Source of the DNA: Planctomycetota bacterium
GTDB lineage: Bacteria > Planctomycetota > Phycisphaerae > Sedimentisphaerales > Anaerobacaceae
Reading direction: 5' to 3'
NCBI GenBank assembly: GCA_022567055.1
Contig: JADFHU010000001.1
Location: 1-35,143 of the forward strand
Length of the DNA stretch: 35,143 nt
The notes beneath the pieces were generated by a model. That model had not been told where the DNA came from, ran no database searches, and worked only from the letters and a program-made list of their open reading frames with translations. This document shows positions 1-8,409 of the stretch, piece after piece. Every line of letters starts with the position of its first letter. Position 1 is the stretch's first letter. The position numbers and the translations under genes are program-made.

Positions 1-128
1 AAACGAGCGTTTTTGTGTCTGGCAAGGAAGGCGAAGCAGGCTATCTGAAGATAGTCGATGCAGCCTGACGCCGTCCAGACACAAAACAAGCCGTTTGAAT
101 GCAGAGTCATTTCGATAGGTGCTCTAAG
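1..128 (+). repeat. Rod-repeat family, subfamily B copy (MITE-like imperfect palindrome); left arm cut by the window edge
   Basis: Plus strand reads the core GTCTGGCAAGGAAGGCGAAGCAGGCTATC-TGAA-GATAGTCGATGCAGCCT and ends ...TCATTTCGATAGGTGCTCTAAG. It is the reverse complement of most of 17718-17882. It lies 18 nt beyond the plsY stop. Confidence 0.85.
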
Positions 129-146
129 TCATTTCGTGCCGGTACC

Positions 147-809
147 TTAGGGTGTGCCAATCTTGTCCTCAGAACCCGTCAGGATGCGCTTCATGTTTTT
201 TCGATGGCGAATCACCACGACGGCCGGAATCGCGATGCCGATGATCAGCAGGGGCCATAGGGCGTCGAGCGTCCAGGAGGGGACAAGTGCGATGGAGCCC
301 AGCAGAAACAGTGGAAACGCGATGGCGGCGATCACGGAGGCCAGCGACACGTAGCGCGACTTCAGCGCCACGTAGGCCCAGAGGCCGATGGCGATCAGGG
401 CACTACAGGTAAAGTAGGGCCAGATGCCTAGCGCGACCCCGAAACTGGTGGCGACGCCTTTGCCGCCCCGAAACCCGATATAAATGGGAAAGACATGCCC
501 CAGGATGGCGGCGCACCCGGTGATGAGCCACAGCCAGTGAAACATCAGTTCGCTGTGTCCGGCCTCCATGAAGCGGGGCTGGACCAGTAACAGGGTCAAA
601 ACGCAGGGCAAGAGACCCTTGCAGGTGTCCAGGATGAAACAGACAACACCCAACTTCTTTCCCAAGATTCGAGTGACGTTGGTCGCGCCGATGTTGCCTG
701 AACCCCTCTGGCGGAGGTCTACACCCTGGGCCTTGGCGATCAGCAGCCCGAAGGGAATCGACCCCAGCAGGTAGGCTAGCGCGATGCTGATGCTGCTGAC
801 AACGAGCAT
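147..809 (-). CDS. plsY: Glycerol-3-phosphate acyltransferase PlsY
   Basis: 220 aa. N-terminus LAYLLGSIPFGLLIAK and SGNIGATNVxR motif, multi-pass membrane profile. Confidence 0.9.
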   Translation of the reverse strand: MLVVSSISIALAYLLGSIPFGLLIAKAQGVDLRQRGSGNIGATNVTRILGKKLGVVCFILDTCKGLLPCVLTLLLVQPRFMEAGHSELMFHWLWLITGCAAILGHVFPIYIGFRGGKGVATSFGVALGIWPYFTCSALIAIGLWAYVALKSRYVSLASVIAAIAFPLFLLGSIALVPSWTLDALWPLLIIGIAIPAVVVIRHRKNMKRILTGSEDKIGTP

Positions 810-1981
810 GCCTCGCGACCTTTCTGACGGAGTATCGTTTCGTACAGGCGTATCAGTTGGGCGGCCACGCGATTGATCGAGACCCTCTCGGTGATCCCGT
901 CCGCGGCAATGGCGGCCGACATTTTTCTAAGCCGTTCGGGGTCGGACATGGAGCGAATGGCATGCACCAAGGCCCCCACATCCTCGGGATCATGGATAAC
1001 GAAGCCATGGCGTTCATGGACAAATAGGTCGGTCGCACCGTTGTACTGGGTGGTAATCACGGGCTTGGCCAAGGAAAGCGCTTCGAGGACGAAGCGGCTG
1101 GCGGGATCGTAAAACGTAGGCAGGATGGCGACATCGGCCGCTGCCAGGAGGCCGTGAAGCCTGTCAACAGAGCCCGTGAAGTGAACGTGATTACTTATAT
1201 TGAGACGCTGCGCGGTTTCTTCGTAAGTTTCGGCGGAGTGACTCTTTCCGACGATACTCAGGCAACAGGGCTGCGTCTGCTTGATGAGCGCCAGGGCATG
1301 CAAGAGAGGTCCGAGGCCTTTCAGGCGAAAGTTGTACGCGGCAAAGAGCAGCAGCATGGCGTCGGGCGGGCGACACCGGAACTGGGCGAGCATGTCTCTG
1401 CGGGTCCGCTGTCGCTGTCTTGAATCTACGGGTTCGCCCGGTTTGACACCATTTGCGATCAGGACAATGCGGGCCGGGTCGGTGTCGTAGTGGGTGCGAA
1501 ACTGATTGACGACATATTGGGAGATCGCCACGATCTTAGGGCCTTGGGCGTTCTTGCTGAGAGACCGCTCGGCCATCATGAACTGTTGCCGCCGGTGATT
1601 GACGAAAGCACCCAACCGTTTGAGCCAGGCGATGCTCCTGTTTTCATAGCTGAGGGCACTCCGCAGGACGGTCTCTCTATAGGTGCCGCCGCGAGGTTGA
1701 TACACATCGGCGAATGAGAAGGGTAAGACGCTGTGGACGATGTCGTAGTCATGCTGAGCGAGGTGCCCTTTCAACAGGGTTTCGAATTCCGTGAAGGTGG
1801 CGCGCTTGCCGCCCGAGTCCGGGCAGAGGATCTGCGTGTTGGCGCTGTCGGGCTCTCCCTTGGCTGCCAGGATGGTGACATCGAGTCCTTTCAGGGCCAG
1901 GGCCTCGGACAGCTCCGCAATGGACCTTTCGGCGCCGCCCAGGGTGATGTCAGTTCGTTCTATGATCAGTGCGACTCTCAT
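776..1981 (-). CDS. Glycosyltransferase family 4 (GT1-fold, LPS/cell-envelope type)
   Basis: 401 aa. MRVALIIE...GGAERS N-terminus and a typical GT4 C-terminal half. The 3' end overlaps the plsY start, and the start overlaps the upstream kinase gene by 4 nt, which looks like an operon. Confidence 0.75.
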   Translation of the reverse strand: MRVALIIERTDITLGGAERSIAELSEALALKGLDVTILAAKGEPDSANTQILCPDSGGKRATFTEFETLLKGHLAQHDYDIVHSVLPFSFADVYQPRGGTYRETVLRSALSYENRSIAWLKRLGAFVNHRRQQFMMAERSLSKNAQGPKIVAISQYVVNQFRTHYDTDPARIVLIANGVKPGEPVDSRQRQRTRRDMLAQFRCRPPDAMLLLFAAYNFRLKGLGPLLHALALIKQTQPCCLSIVGKSHSAETYEETAQRLNISNHVHFTGSVDRLHGLLAAADVAILPTFYDPASRFVLEALSLAKPVITTQYNGATDLFVHERHGFVIHDPEDVGALVHAIRSMSDPERLRKMSAAIAADGITERVSINRVAAQLIRLYETILRQKGREACSLSAASASR

Positions 1982-2862
1982 GTGGCTTGACTAGGAGACA
2001 ACGACTGATTGATCTGCAAAAAGGGCACTTTTCCGCCATGTTTGACGTTGTGTCGGGCCATTCGATTGGCCTTGGCAACGATCTTGCGAATCAATGCCTT
2101 GTCTCTTTTTCTTAACGTTCGAAGATCCAGATAGCGAAAGTAAAAGCGGAGTCGATCGGACCTTGAAAAATGGTCCGCCGACATGGAATAGTAGATCTGC
2201 GCCAAATCCTTGATCAAAAACCGCTTCTTGAGGATCCAGGGGTGAAAGGCTCGGGCCAGATCAATGAGAAAGAGCCGGTCCGCCGTGTCTTGGAATATGT
2301 GGGCGAGATAGAGGTCCCGGTGGCGGAAACCCAGTCCATGAAAACGTTTCACAAACTCTGCCAGCCTTCGAATGAAGCGACGGCGCTGGTGTCGGCTGTG
2401 TGATGAGTCCTCCAGATAGAAGCAATTGGGCAGCCGATCTCCGAGCGACTGCGCATCAGGGATCTTTTCGGTGACCAGGAAGCTTCGCTTTTCGAAGAGT
2501 CCCGCCCAACTCTGGCCATGGGCGACGACCCGCGGCGCCCCAATGCCATTTCGTTGCAGTTCTTCGATGGGATTCCACTCCATCATGCCGCAGCTCTGCC
2601 GTCTGCGGCCATTGAGCCAGTTAATGAGCTGAGTCTTGACGGGGGGTTGATCGTAGCGTTTGAGGAAAAGAACGCGGTTCGGGTTGCCTACCTCAAATCG
2701 GAGTCTCGTGCGGTAGCTGGCGATGTTTTTCTTGACGAGATCGTGCCCACCCTCGTACGCAAAAACCGCGTCAATGTCGGTGAGCGTCAAGTCGGCAAAT
2801 GCCTGCTTGAAATCCTCTGCGATAAAAAACGACTCTGTCGATTTTGGATGGTTAACGCTCAT
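1978..2862 (-). CDS. Lipopolysaccharide kinase family protein (Kdo/WaaP/InaA-like)
   Basis: 294 aa. GFRHRDLYLAHIF catalytic-loop-like motif followed by LIDLARA. Sits between two LPS glycosyltransferase genes. Confidence 0.7.
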   Translation of the reverse strand: MSVNHPKSTESFFIAEDFKQAFADLTLTDIDAVFAYEGGHDLVKKNIASYRTRLRFEVGNPNRVLFLKRYDQPPVKTQLINWLNGRRRQSCGMMEWNPIEELQRNGIGAPRVVAHGQSWAGLFEKRSFLVTEKIPDAQSLGDRLPNCFYLEDSSHSRHQRRRFIRRLAEFVKRFHGLGFRHRDLYLAHIFQDTADRLFLIDLARAFHPWILKKRFLIKDLAQIYYSMSADHFSRSDRLRFYFRYLDLRTLRKRDKALIRKIVAKANRMARHNVKHGGKVPFLQINQSLSPSQAT

Positions 2863-2879
2863 ATCCGGCTACAAAGAAA

Positions 2880-3896
2880 TTAACATAGCATGTTGCGGGC
2901 AGCTTGACAAACTCTATCGACGCTAATGGTTTCCATACAGGCCACCTCGGGGTGGGCGCAGGTGGGCCGTTGGCAGGGGACACAGGGGCCCGTTCCCACC
3001 AACTGAATCTCCCGATCGTAACCAGTCTGTGTCCAGGCCGGGTCATTGGGACCAAAGAGGGTAATCACCTGCCGTTGCAGGGCGATGGCGATGTGGCGAG
3101 GCCCGGTATCATTGGTAATGACTAGGTCCGCATGAGAGAACAGCGCCTTGAGTTGTCCTAGGGACAGAGGCCTATCTGCTAAGTTGGTGACAGGGTAGCG
3201 ACACGCTGCGACGATGGTTTGGGCAATTCGTCTTTCCTGCGCATGGGGTGAAACGGAGAGGACGATGTGGGCCCGGCAGTCGCGGATAAGCGTTTCCGCC
3301 GTTCGCGCAAAATGACCCGGGGGCCAACACTTGCTGGGGCCGAAGGCACTGCCCGGCACCAGGATGACGAGCGGGCCCTCGACATCGCTCAACTGAGGAT
3401 AGAGTTTTTCAAAGGATGCCTGATCCCTCTCCGCTACCAGCAAGCGAGGCAAGCCCGGCGCCACGGCACGACCCAGGGACTTCACGATGTTCAGATAGTA
3501 GTCCACCATGGAGGTGGGGGCGAACCTACGGTTGGGCAGACGGGGCGGGTGCAGCCGCTTGGTGAGGAAGAGTCCGCGGCCATCGCGTGCGTATCCCACA
3601 CGCTGAGGGATGCCCGCCAGCAAGAAGGTGGCTGCCGATCCCCAAGAGCCTTTAAATAGGATGCCCAGGGAGAATCCTTGCCCGCGCAGGCGCCGGACGG
3701 CCTGCAGGGTCGAACACTGAGTCAGCCACTCGTCTGCCAGGGCACTAGAGTCCAGCATGGCCCGGGCGACGTCATTGCCATAAAAGGTAAGCGTCGCGTC
3801 GCGGAAACATTGACGGAGGGCATGCAAGGCCGGTGTGCACATGATGATGTCACCCATGGGGGAGGGCAACCAGACTAGAATCCTCGGGTGTTCCAT
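2880..3896 (-). CDS. Glycosyltransferase family 9 (ADP-heptose:LPS heptosyltransferase-like)
   Basis: MEHPRILVWLPSPMGDIIMCTPALHALRQ is a typical GT9 N-terminus. I start it at ATG 3896. The ORF-track start at 4133 reads through the repeat at 3953-4118 and looks like an artefact. Confidence 0.8.
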   Translation of the reverse strand: MEHPRILVWLPSPMGDIIMCTPALHALRQCFRDATLTFYGNDVARAMLDSSALADEWLTQCSTLQAVRRLRGQGFSLGILFKGSWGSAATFLLAGIPQRVGYARDGRGLFLTKRLHPPRLPNRRFAPTSMVDYYLNIVKSLGRAVAPGLPRLLVAERDQASFEKLYPQLSDVEGPLVILVPGSAFGPSKCWPPGHFARTAETLIRDCRAHIVLSVSPHAQERRIAQTIVAACRYPVTNLADRPLSLGQLKALFSHADLVITNDTGPRHIAIALQRQVITLFGPNDPAWTQTGYDREIQLVGTGPCVPCQRPTCAHPEVACMETISVDRVCQAARNMLC

Positions 3897-3952
3897 GGAG
3901 TTCCGATCCGCTGGAAGCGAGATTTCCCTTCTATAGTTCCTCTGACACAGCC

Positions 3953-4118
3953 CTAGGCTTTGTCGGAAAACTCCGTCGTCGGCCCGAGAGCGAGCGGTTT
4001 TTTCGCCTGGCAAAGACGGCGAAGCAGGCGATGTTGGTTTTATCGTCGATACAGCCGGATGCAGCCAGGCGGAAAAAGAGCCGCTCGAAGCCAGACCGAG
4101 TTTTCCGACAGAGCCTAG
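3953..4118 (+). repeat. Rod-repeat family, subfamily A copy (166 bp, MITE-like imperfect palindrome)
   Basis: Termini CTAGGCTTTGTCGGAAAACTC ... GAGTTTTCCGACAGAGCCTAG pair 20 of 21. Core is CGCCTGGCAAAGACGGCGAAGCAGGCGAT-loop-ATCGTCGATACAGCCGGATGCAGCCAGGCG. It lies between the stop at 4137 and the start at 3896 of two minus-strand genes. Confidence 0.92.
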
Positions 4119-4136
4119 CAACTCGTCCGGCAACGA

Positions 4137-5573
4137 TCAATAGAAATAAGAGAGTTGGATGGGCACCGATTGGGCATCATGTCTTGGCCCGATGGTGAGG
4201 GACGACGAGGACTCGGTCGCTCGCTCGGTCTGGGGTAGAATGGGGAGCTGCGCGGCATCGGGCCTTGCGGTCGGCCGGCTCAGTCTGAAACAGAGAGGTT
4301 CTTCTCCCGCTCGAACGTCAGCGGCGATGTGAGCTGGGACATCATCGGGTAGGAAGACAACCGTGTAACTGACCGCGTCGGCGTCCCGATCCGCGGTGGC
4401 GTAGATTTGCCAGGAACACTTCTCCAGATCAATGGCAAAACGTCCAAACTCGTCCGTAATCGCGTCCCACTGAATCAGGTGATTCTCAAGGCAGGAAGTC
4501 GGCAGGGTTCCATCGGCAGATCGACCCGGGTGGACCTTAACGGGAATATTGGCGAGGGGCCGCTGGTTGGCATCGACCAGGACGCCACGAATAACCCAGA
4601 TGGCCGTATCGGTGATGTCTTCATAGCTCCGCGCCGGGGTTCGGGAGCGATATCTGATGGGCGTATCCAAGCCGCAGGTATAGTTCTTGATGGGCATACC
4701 GAGTGGAAAGGATAACGTCGGGCTGATGGGCCCTTCATTGAGTCGAAATAGGGTCGTGGCCGCCAACAGTTTCAACTGGTTGAAGCGTTTGACGTAACTC
4801 CGCGCCGGATAGTGGAATCCCGAGCGTGTGTGTCGATAGGAGATAGCGTGCTCATAGACGGGCAGAGGGAACTCGGCCTCCGCCGATATCTGCTGAAAAC
4901 GCACCACCATATAGTCCTGGTCTGGATCGACTCGGTAATGATAGATCCATGAACCCTCCTGGTGAAGGACTTGGATCAGGCCCGTGTCGGTCTTAGCAAT
5001 GGTGTGAACACAGGGATCGTCGAGTGCCGCTTCCAAACGCCGATCGAAGAGGGCGTGCATGAGTATCCTCGGTGTAAACTGATTGTCCATCGGATGATCG
5101 TTGGCGGGATAGACCTGTGCCTGGCCACTTCGACTCAGTGTTCGGTAGACGCGGCGGTTAAGGCTCGATCCGTAGGGCGCGGAACAGGGTGTGTCCAGGT
5201 AGCGGCTGGCAGGCTCGTTCGACTGGCGCTTCAAGCGGAAAGCCTGAACCTGGTGGCTATAGCGCCCCGGCGCGTCGATCTGGAAGTCTTGCCGGAAGGC
5301 CACATTGCCGGCCGCGACCTCCAGGAGGTTGAGGCTCATCGGTACCGCATGTTCCGCATCCAGAGACGCTTCGGGTTTCACATAGACCGTTTCAACATGC
5401 AGGCTCTGGAAGAGAGATCTCTGTCTTTCATTGGATTGACGGATGAGCCGTGCCAGTGCGATGGCCTCTGCCCTGTGGCCGCCGGCGGCGGTGTCGAGGA
5501 CGGCACCCACCTGCGCCGGGCAGCCGAGCGCTAGAATCAGGTGGGCGAACGTCAATCGCTGTGTCCCAGTCAT
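4137..5573 (-). CDS. Hypothetical exported protein or lipoprotein candidate
   Basis: ATG at 5573 is preceded by GGAGGA with a 7-nt spacer. N-terminus MTGTQRLTFAHLILALGCPAQ looks like a signal peptide with Cys. No family recognised. The C-terminal part resembles a small beta-sandwich (VIRGVLVDANQRPLANIPVKV). Confidence 0.6.
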   Translation of the reverse strand: MTGTQRLTFAHLILALGCPAQVGAVLDTAAGGHRAEAIALARLIRQSNERQRSLFQSLHVETVYVKPEASLDAEHAVPMSLNLLEVAAGNVAFRQDFQIDAPGRYSHQVQAFRLKRQSNEPASRYLDTPCSAPYGSSLNRRVYRTLSRSGQAQVYPANDHPMDNQFTPRILMHALFDRRLEAALDDPCVHTIAKTDTGLIQVLHQEGSWIYHYRVDPDQDYMVVRFQQISAEAEFPLPVYEHAISYRHTRSGFHYPARSYVKRFNQLKLLAATTLFRLNEGPISPTLSFPLGMPIKNYTCGLDTPIRYRSRTPARSYEDITDTAIWVIRGVLVDANQRPLANIPVKVHPGRSADGTLPTSCLENHLIQWDAITDEFGRFAIDLEKCSWQIYATADRDADAVSYTVVFLPDDVPAHIAADVRAGEEPLCFRLSRPTARPDAAQLPILPQTERATESSSSLTIGPRHDAQSVPIQLSYFY

Positions 5574-5942
5574 TGTCTTGTCCTCCAGATAAGCCAATAA
5601 ACCCGTTGTTAAACCGGGGCAGCTTCCCAGATCCCGCTAGAAAAGGGTGTCTTGGGTCGACTTCTTCCTTGAGCGAAAGAGATGCTGGGCCCAAAAACAA
5701 CGATTCCAGCTGAACCGCGAACCCAATCATCCGAGTGGCTGCCTTGGTTGCACCTATAGAGACTGGTTTATAGGACCCTGCGCAACAGAGGAATTAAAGA
5801 TTTGATGAAAATACCTCGGCCCACCGAGAGATTTGCGCAGAACGCACGTGCCCAAGACCTGCGTGCGTGCCGCCTACTACAGGCCGTCGCCTGACTCGGC
5901 CATCGGTTCCTGCCCTTACGCTGGGGCTGAGCTTAGAAGAGC

Positions 5943-7976
5943 TTAGTGCTGCTCGGCCTTCTCCTTGGTGTACTGGGAGATCACCTGCTGCTGTACATTG
6001 CCGGGGACCTGCTCGTAGTGGCTTAGCTCCATCGAGTAGCTGCCTTGCCCTCCGGTCACACTCTTGAGTTGACTGTTGTACTGCGTGACTTCGGAGAGCG
6101 GCACTTGGGCCTTGATGACAATGAAGCCGCCCGCCAGCATATCCTGGCCCTGCACGCGGCCTCGCTTCGAGGCCAGGTCGCCGGTGATGTCGCCCATGTT
6201 GTCGGTCGGCACGGTGACTTCCATGTGAACGATGGGCTCCAAGAGGACCGGTCTGGCCTTTTGCAGGGCATCGACAAACGCGCCCTTGCCGGCCGCTCGG
6301 AACGCAACCTCTTTCGAATCGACCGGGTGATGCTTGCCGTCGTAGATGGACACCTTCACATCCTGCAAGGGGAAGCCCGCGACGACGCCCGACGCCATGA
6401 CGTCCTTCACACCTTTCAGGACGGCTATTTCGTATTGCCCCGGAATAGAGGCACCGAAGATGTCCCAACTGAAATCAAGGGAGGGATCGCTGTCGCGGTC
6501 CGCCGGTTCGACCCGCAGATACACTTCACCGAACTGTCCGGCGCCCCCTGATTGTTTCTTATGACGGTAGTGACCTTCGCTCTTGGCGGAGATGGTCTCC
6601 TTGTAGGGTATCTTCGGTTCTTTGGTGTTGACCTTGAGTTTGAAACGCTTCTCCAGTTTTTCAAGCATCACCCGCAGGTGGAGTTCGCCCAAGCCGTAGA
6701 TGACCAGCTCTTTGGTCTGCTGATCCCTATCCACTCTAAAACAGAGGTCCTCTTCACACAGCTTTTCCAAGGCACCGCCTATCTTCTGTTCGTCGCCCCG
6801 GGCGGCGGGTTCGAGGGCCAACGAGAACATGGGCCGCGGTAGGGGAGGCATGTCCACCGTGCCCTGAAAGACCCCGTCGTGGACGATCGAGCCGGTTTTC
6901 AGCTCGTCGACCTTTGCCAGCGTGACGATGTCGCCGGCGATGCCCGCCGGGATCTCGGGGTTTTCGTTGCCCTGTGACTTCAGGATGTGACCGGGGCGCA
7001 CGCCCTTTTTCTCGTGGTCATAGTGCAGGTTCGTTTCCGAAGTGAGGGTGCCGCTGAAAATGCGAATCATCGAGTATTTCATGTTGGTCTTGGGGTCGAA
7101 GGCGACGCGAAAGACCTGCCCGAGCAAGGGACCCTGGGGATCTGCCGTCCATTCTCTGCCAGTGTCACCCTCTTTGACCGTCAGCGGTGCAACATTCGCG
7201 GGCGAGGGGGTGCTGTTGGCCAGGGCATCCAGCAATTCCGGGACACCGATCAGACTCCGGGAATTGGTGAAAAAGATGGGAATGACGGTGCCCGAGACCA
7301 GGGCCTTCCCGAAAACCGACTGGATCTTTTCGGCGGTGACCTCTTCACCGCCGAGATAGGCCTCCATGAGATCATCGTCCGCTTCTATGATGCTTTCAAC
7401 GAGGTCCGTGTGCGCCTGCGCCACATCCATGACCGGAGATTCACCGCTGTCTTGGCTGATGCAATCGATGACAGAGTTCCCATCTGCCGAGGGCAGGTTG
7501 GCACATCGGCACTGGGAACCGAAGGTCTCCTGAATCAAACCCACCAGCTCTCCAAAATCGACATTGTCCGCGTCCATCTTGTTAATGACGATGATCCGAG
7601 ATTTTCCGGCGGTCTCTGCCATTTGACAGAACTTGCGCGTGTTGGTCTCGATGCCGGCGGCCGCGCTGACCACGATGACAGCCGTTTCCGCTGCTGCCAG
7701 GGCCGCGATAGAGGGGCCGATGAAATCCGGGTAGCCTGGCGTGTCCAGGATGTTCAGCTGCTTGCCGGCGTGCTCAACATGGACCAGGGCGGAGCCGATC
7801 GAATGCTGGTGCTCCTTCTCTTCTTCGTAGTAGTCACACACGCTTGTTTTCTCATCGACACTGCCCAAGCGGCTCGTGGTGCCTGTTTTGAAGAGCATTG
7901 CCTCGGCCAGTGAGGTCTTGCCACTTCCTCCATGACCCAGAAGAACGATGTTGCGAATGTTGCCGGTGTCAGCCAC
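5943..7976 (-). CDS. Elongation factor G paralog (EF-G2-like translational GTPase)
   Basis: G-domain motifs GHGGSGKTSL, DTPGYPDF and NKMD, with EF-G domain II-V-like sequence through the C-terminus. I start it at GTG 7976, which has GGAGG 8 nt upstream. The ORF-track start at 8048 lies inside the repeat at 8004-8169. Confidence 0.85.
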   Translation of the reverse strand: MADTGNIRNIVLLGHGGSGKTSLAEAMLFKTGTTSRLGSVDEKTSVCDYYEEEKEHQHSIGSALVHVEHAGKQLNILDTPGYPDFIGPSIAALAAAETAVIVVSAAAGIETNTRKFCQMAETAGKSRIIVINKMDADNVDFGELVGLIQETFGSQCRCANLPSADGNSVIDCISQDSGESPVMDVAQAHTDLVESIIEADDDLMEAYLGGEEVTAEKIQSVFGKALVSGTVIPIFFTNSRSLIGVPELLDALANSTPSPANVAPLTVKEGDTGREWTADPQGPLLGQVFRVAFDPKTNMKYSMIRIFSGTLTSETNLHYDHEKKGVRPGHILKSQGNENPEIPAGIAGDIVTLAKVDELKTGSIVHDGVFQGTVDMPPLPRPMFSLALEPAARGDEQKIGGALEKLCEEDLCFRVDRDQQTKELVIYGLGELHLRVMLEKLEKRFKLKVNTKEPKIPYKETISAKSEGHYRHKKQSGGAGQFGEVYLRVEPADRDSDPSLDFSWDIFGASIPGQYEIAVLKGVKDVMASGVVAGFPLQDVKVSIYDGKHHPVDSKEVAFRAAGKGAFVDALQKARPVLLEPIVHMEVTVPTDNMGDITGDLASKRGRVQGQDMLAGGFIVIKAQVPLSEVTQYNSQLKSVTGGQGSYSMELSHYEQVPGNVQQQVISQYTKEKAEQH

Positions 7977-8003
7977 TCTTTGCGCCTCCCAATAGCCCTT
8001 GTC

Positions 8004-8169
8004 CAAGGCTCTGTCTGAAAACTCCGTCGTCGGCCAGAGAGCGAGCAATTTTTTCGCCTGGCAAAGACGGCGAAGCAGGCGATGTTTTTTCTATCGTCGA
8101 TGCAGCCGGATGCAGCCAGGCGGAAAAAGGGCCGCTCGAAGCCAGATCGAGTTTTCAGTCAGTGCCTAA
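8004..8169 (+). repeat. Rod-repeat family, subfamily A copy (166 bp)
   Basis: CAAGGCTCTGTCTGAAAACTCCGTCGTCGG...GGCGAAGCAGGCGAT...GAGTTTTCAGTCAGTGCCTAA. It lies 27 nt upstream of the EF-G-like start codon, just beyond its RBS. Confidence 0.92.
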
Positions 8170-8273
8170 TGTCAACTGCCTACGGAACTGCACGAAAAGG
8201 GCTGATGATACTCCAACGAAAGGGGCAACGACAAGTCTTTTTTGACCGCGGACCAGGGCAGTCGCAAGGCAGG

Positions 8274-8353
8274 AATCGGTGATCGGTAATCAGTAATCGG
8301 TGAGGCGGCAGAGACTGGCTACTGATTACGTGACCACTGATCACTGATTACCG
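8274..8353. repeat. Heptanucleotide tandem-repeat array in inverted arrangement (unit RATCRGT x4, 19-nt spacer, complementary unit ACYGATY x4-5)
   Basis: AATCGGT GATCGGT AATCAGT AATCGGT (8274-8301), then ACTGATT ACGTGAC c ACTGATC ACTGATT ACCG (8321-8353). The arms can pair into a long stem, which is followed by TTTT on the plus strand. Confidence 0.85.
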
Positions 8354-8409
8354 TTTTCCCGGCCGAGGCTGGGAGCTAGGCCCCGCGCAACTCCATGCAC
8401 GTCCTTCAT

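Noticed and set aside
3947-4124. A target-site duplication flanking the rod repeats (TA, CTAG or the 9 bp expected for IS903-like elements).
   Set aside because: Flanks differ between copies, with left ct/ta/ca/aa and right ag/ta/aa/ga. No 9-bp direct repeat is present at 3953-4118. CTAG may simply be part of the termini. This cannot be decided from 8 copies.
3931-4140. A 69-aa ORF, with look-alikes at 9032-9241, 11335-11877, 21760-22239, 21697-22071 and 7898-8245, sharing conserved peptides such as KTRSGFERLFFRLAASGCIDDKTNIACFAVFARRKN.
   Set aside because: The similarity is nucleotide-level repeat identity. The starts lie outside the repeat and differ at every copy, one of them inside a tRNA gene. 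Both strands are open because the element is palindromic. No SD is present.
5807-5828. A weak hairpin (CTCGG-TGGG-CCGAG plus TATTTT on the minus strand) as the EF-G paralog terminator.
   Set aside because: The stem is only 5 bp, lies about 115 nt past the stop, and has a short U-tract. That is too weak to call.
7977-8048. ORF-track start of the EF-G paralog at 8048 (MLALWPTTEFSDRALDKGYWEAQR...).
   Set aside because: The extension runs into the repeat at 8004-8169. GTG at 7976 has a GGAGG 8 nt upstream and places the G1 motif at the usual distance from the N-terminus.
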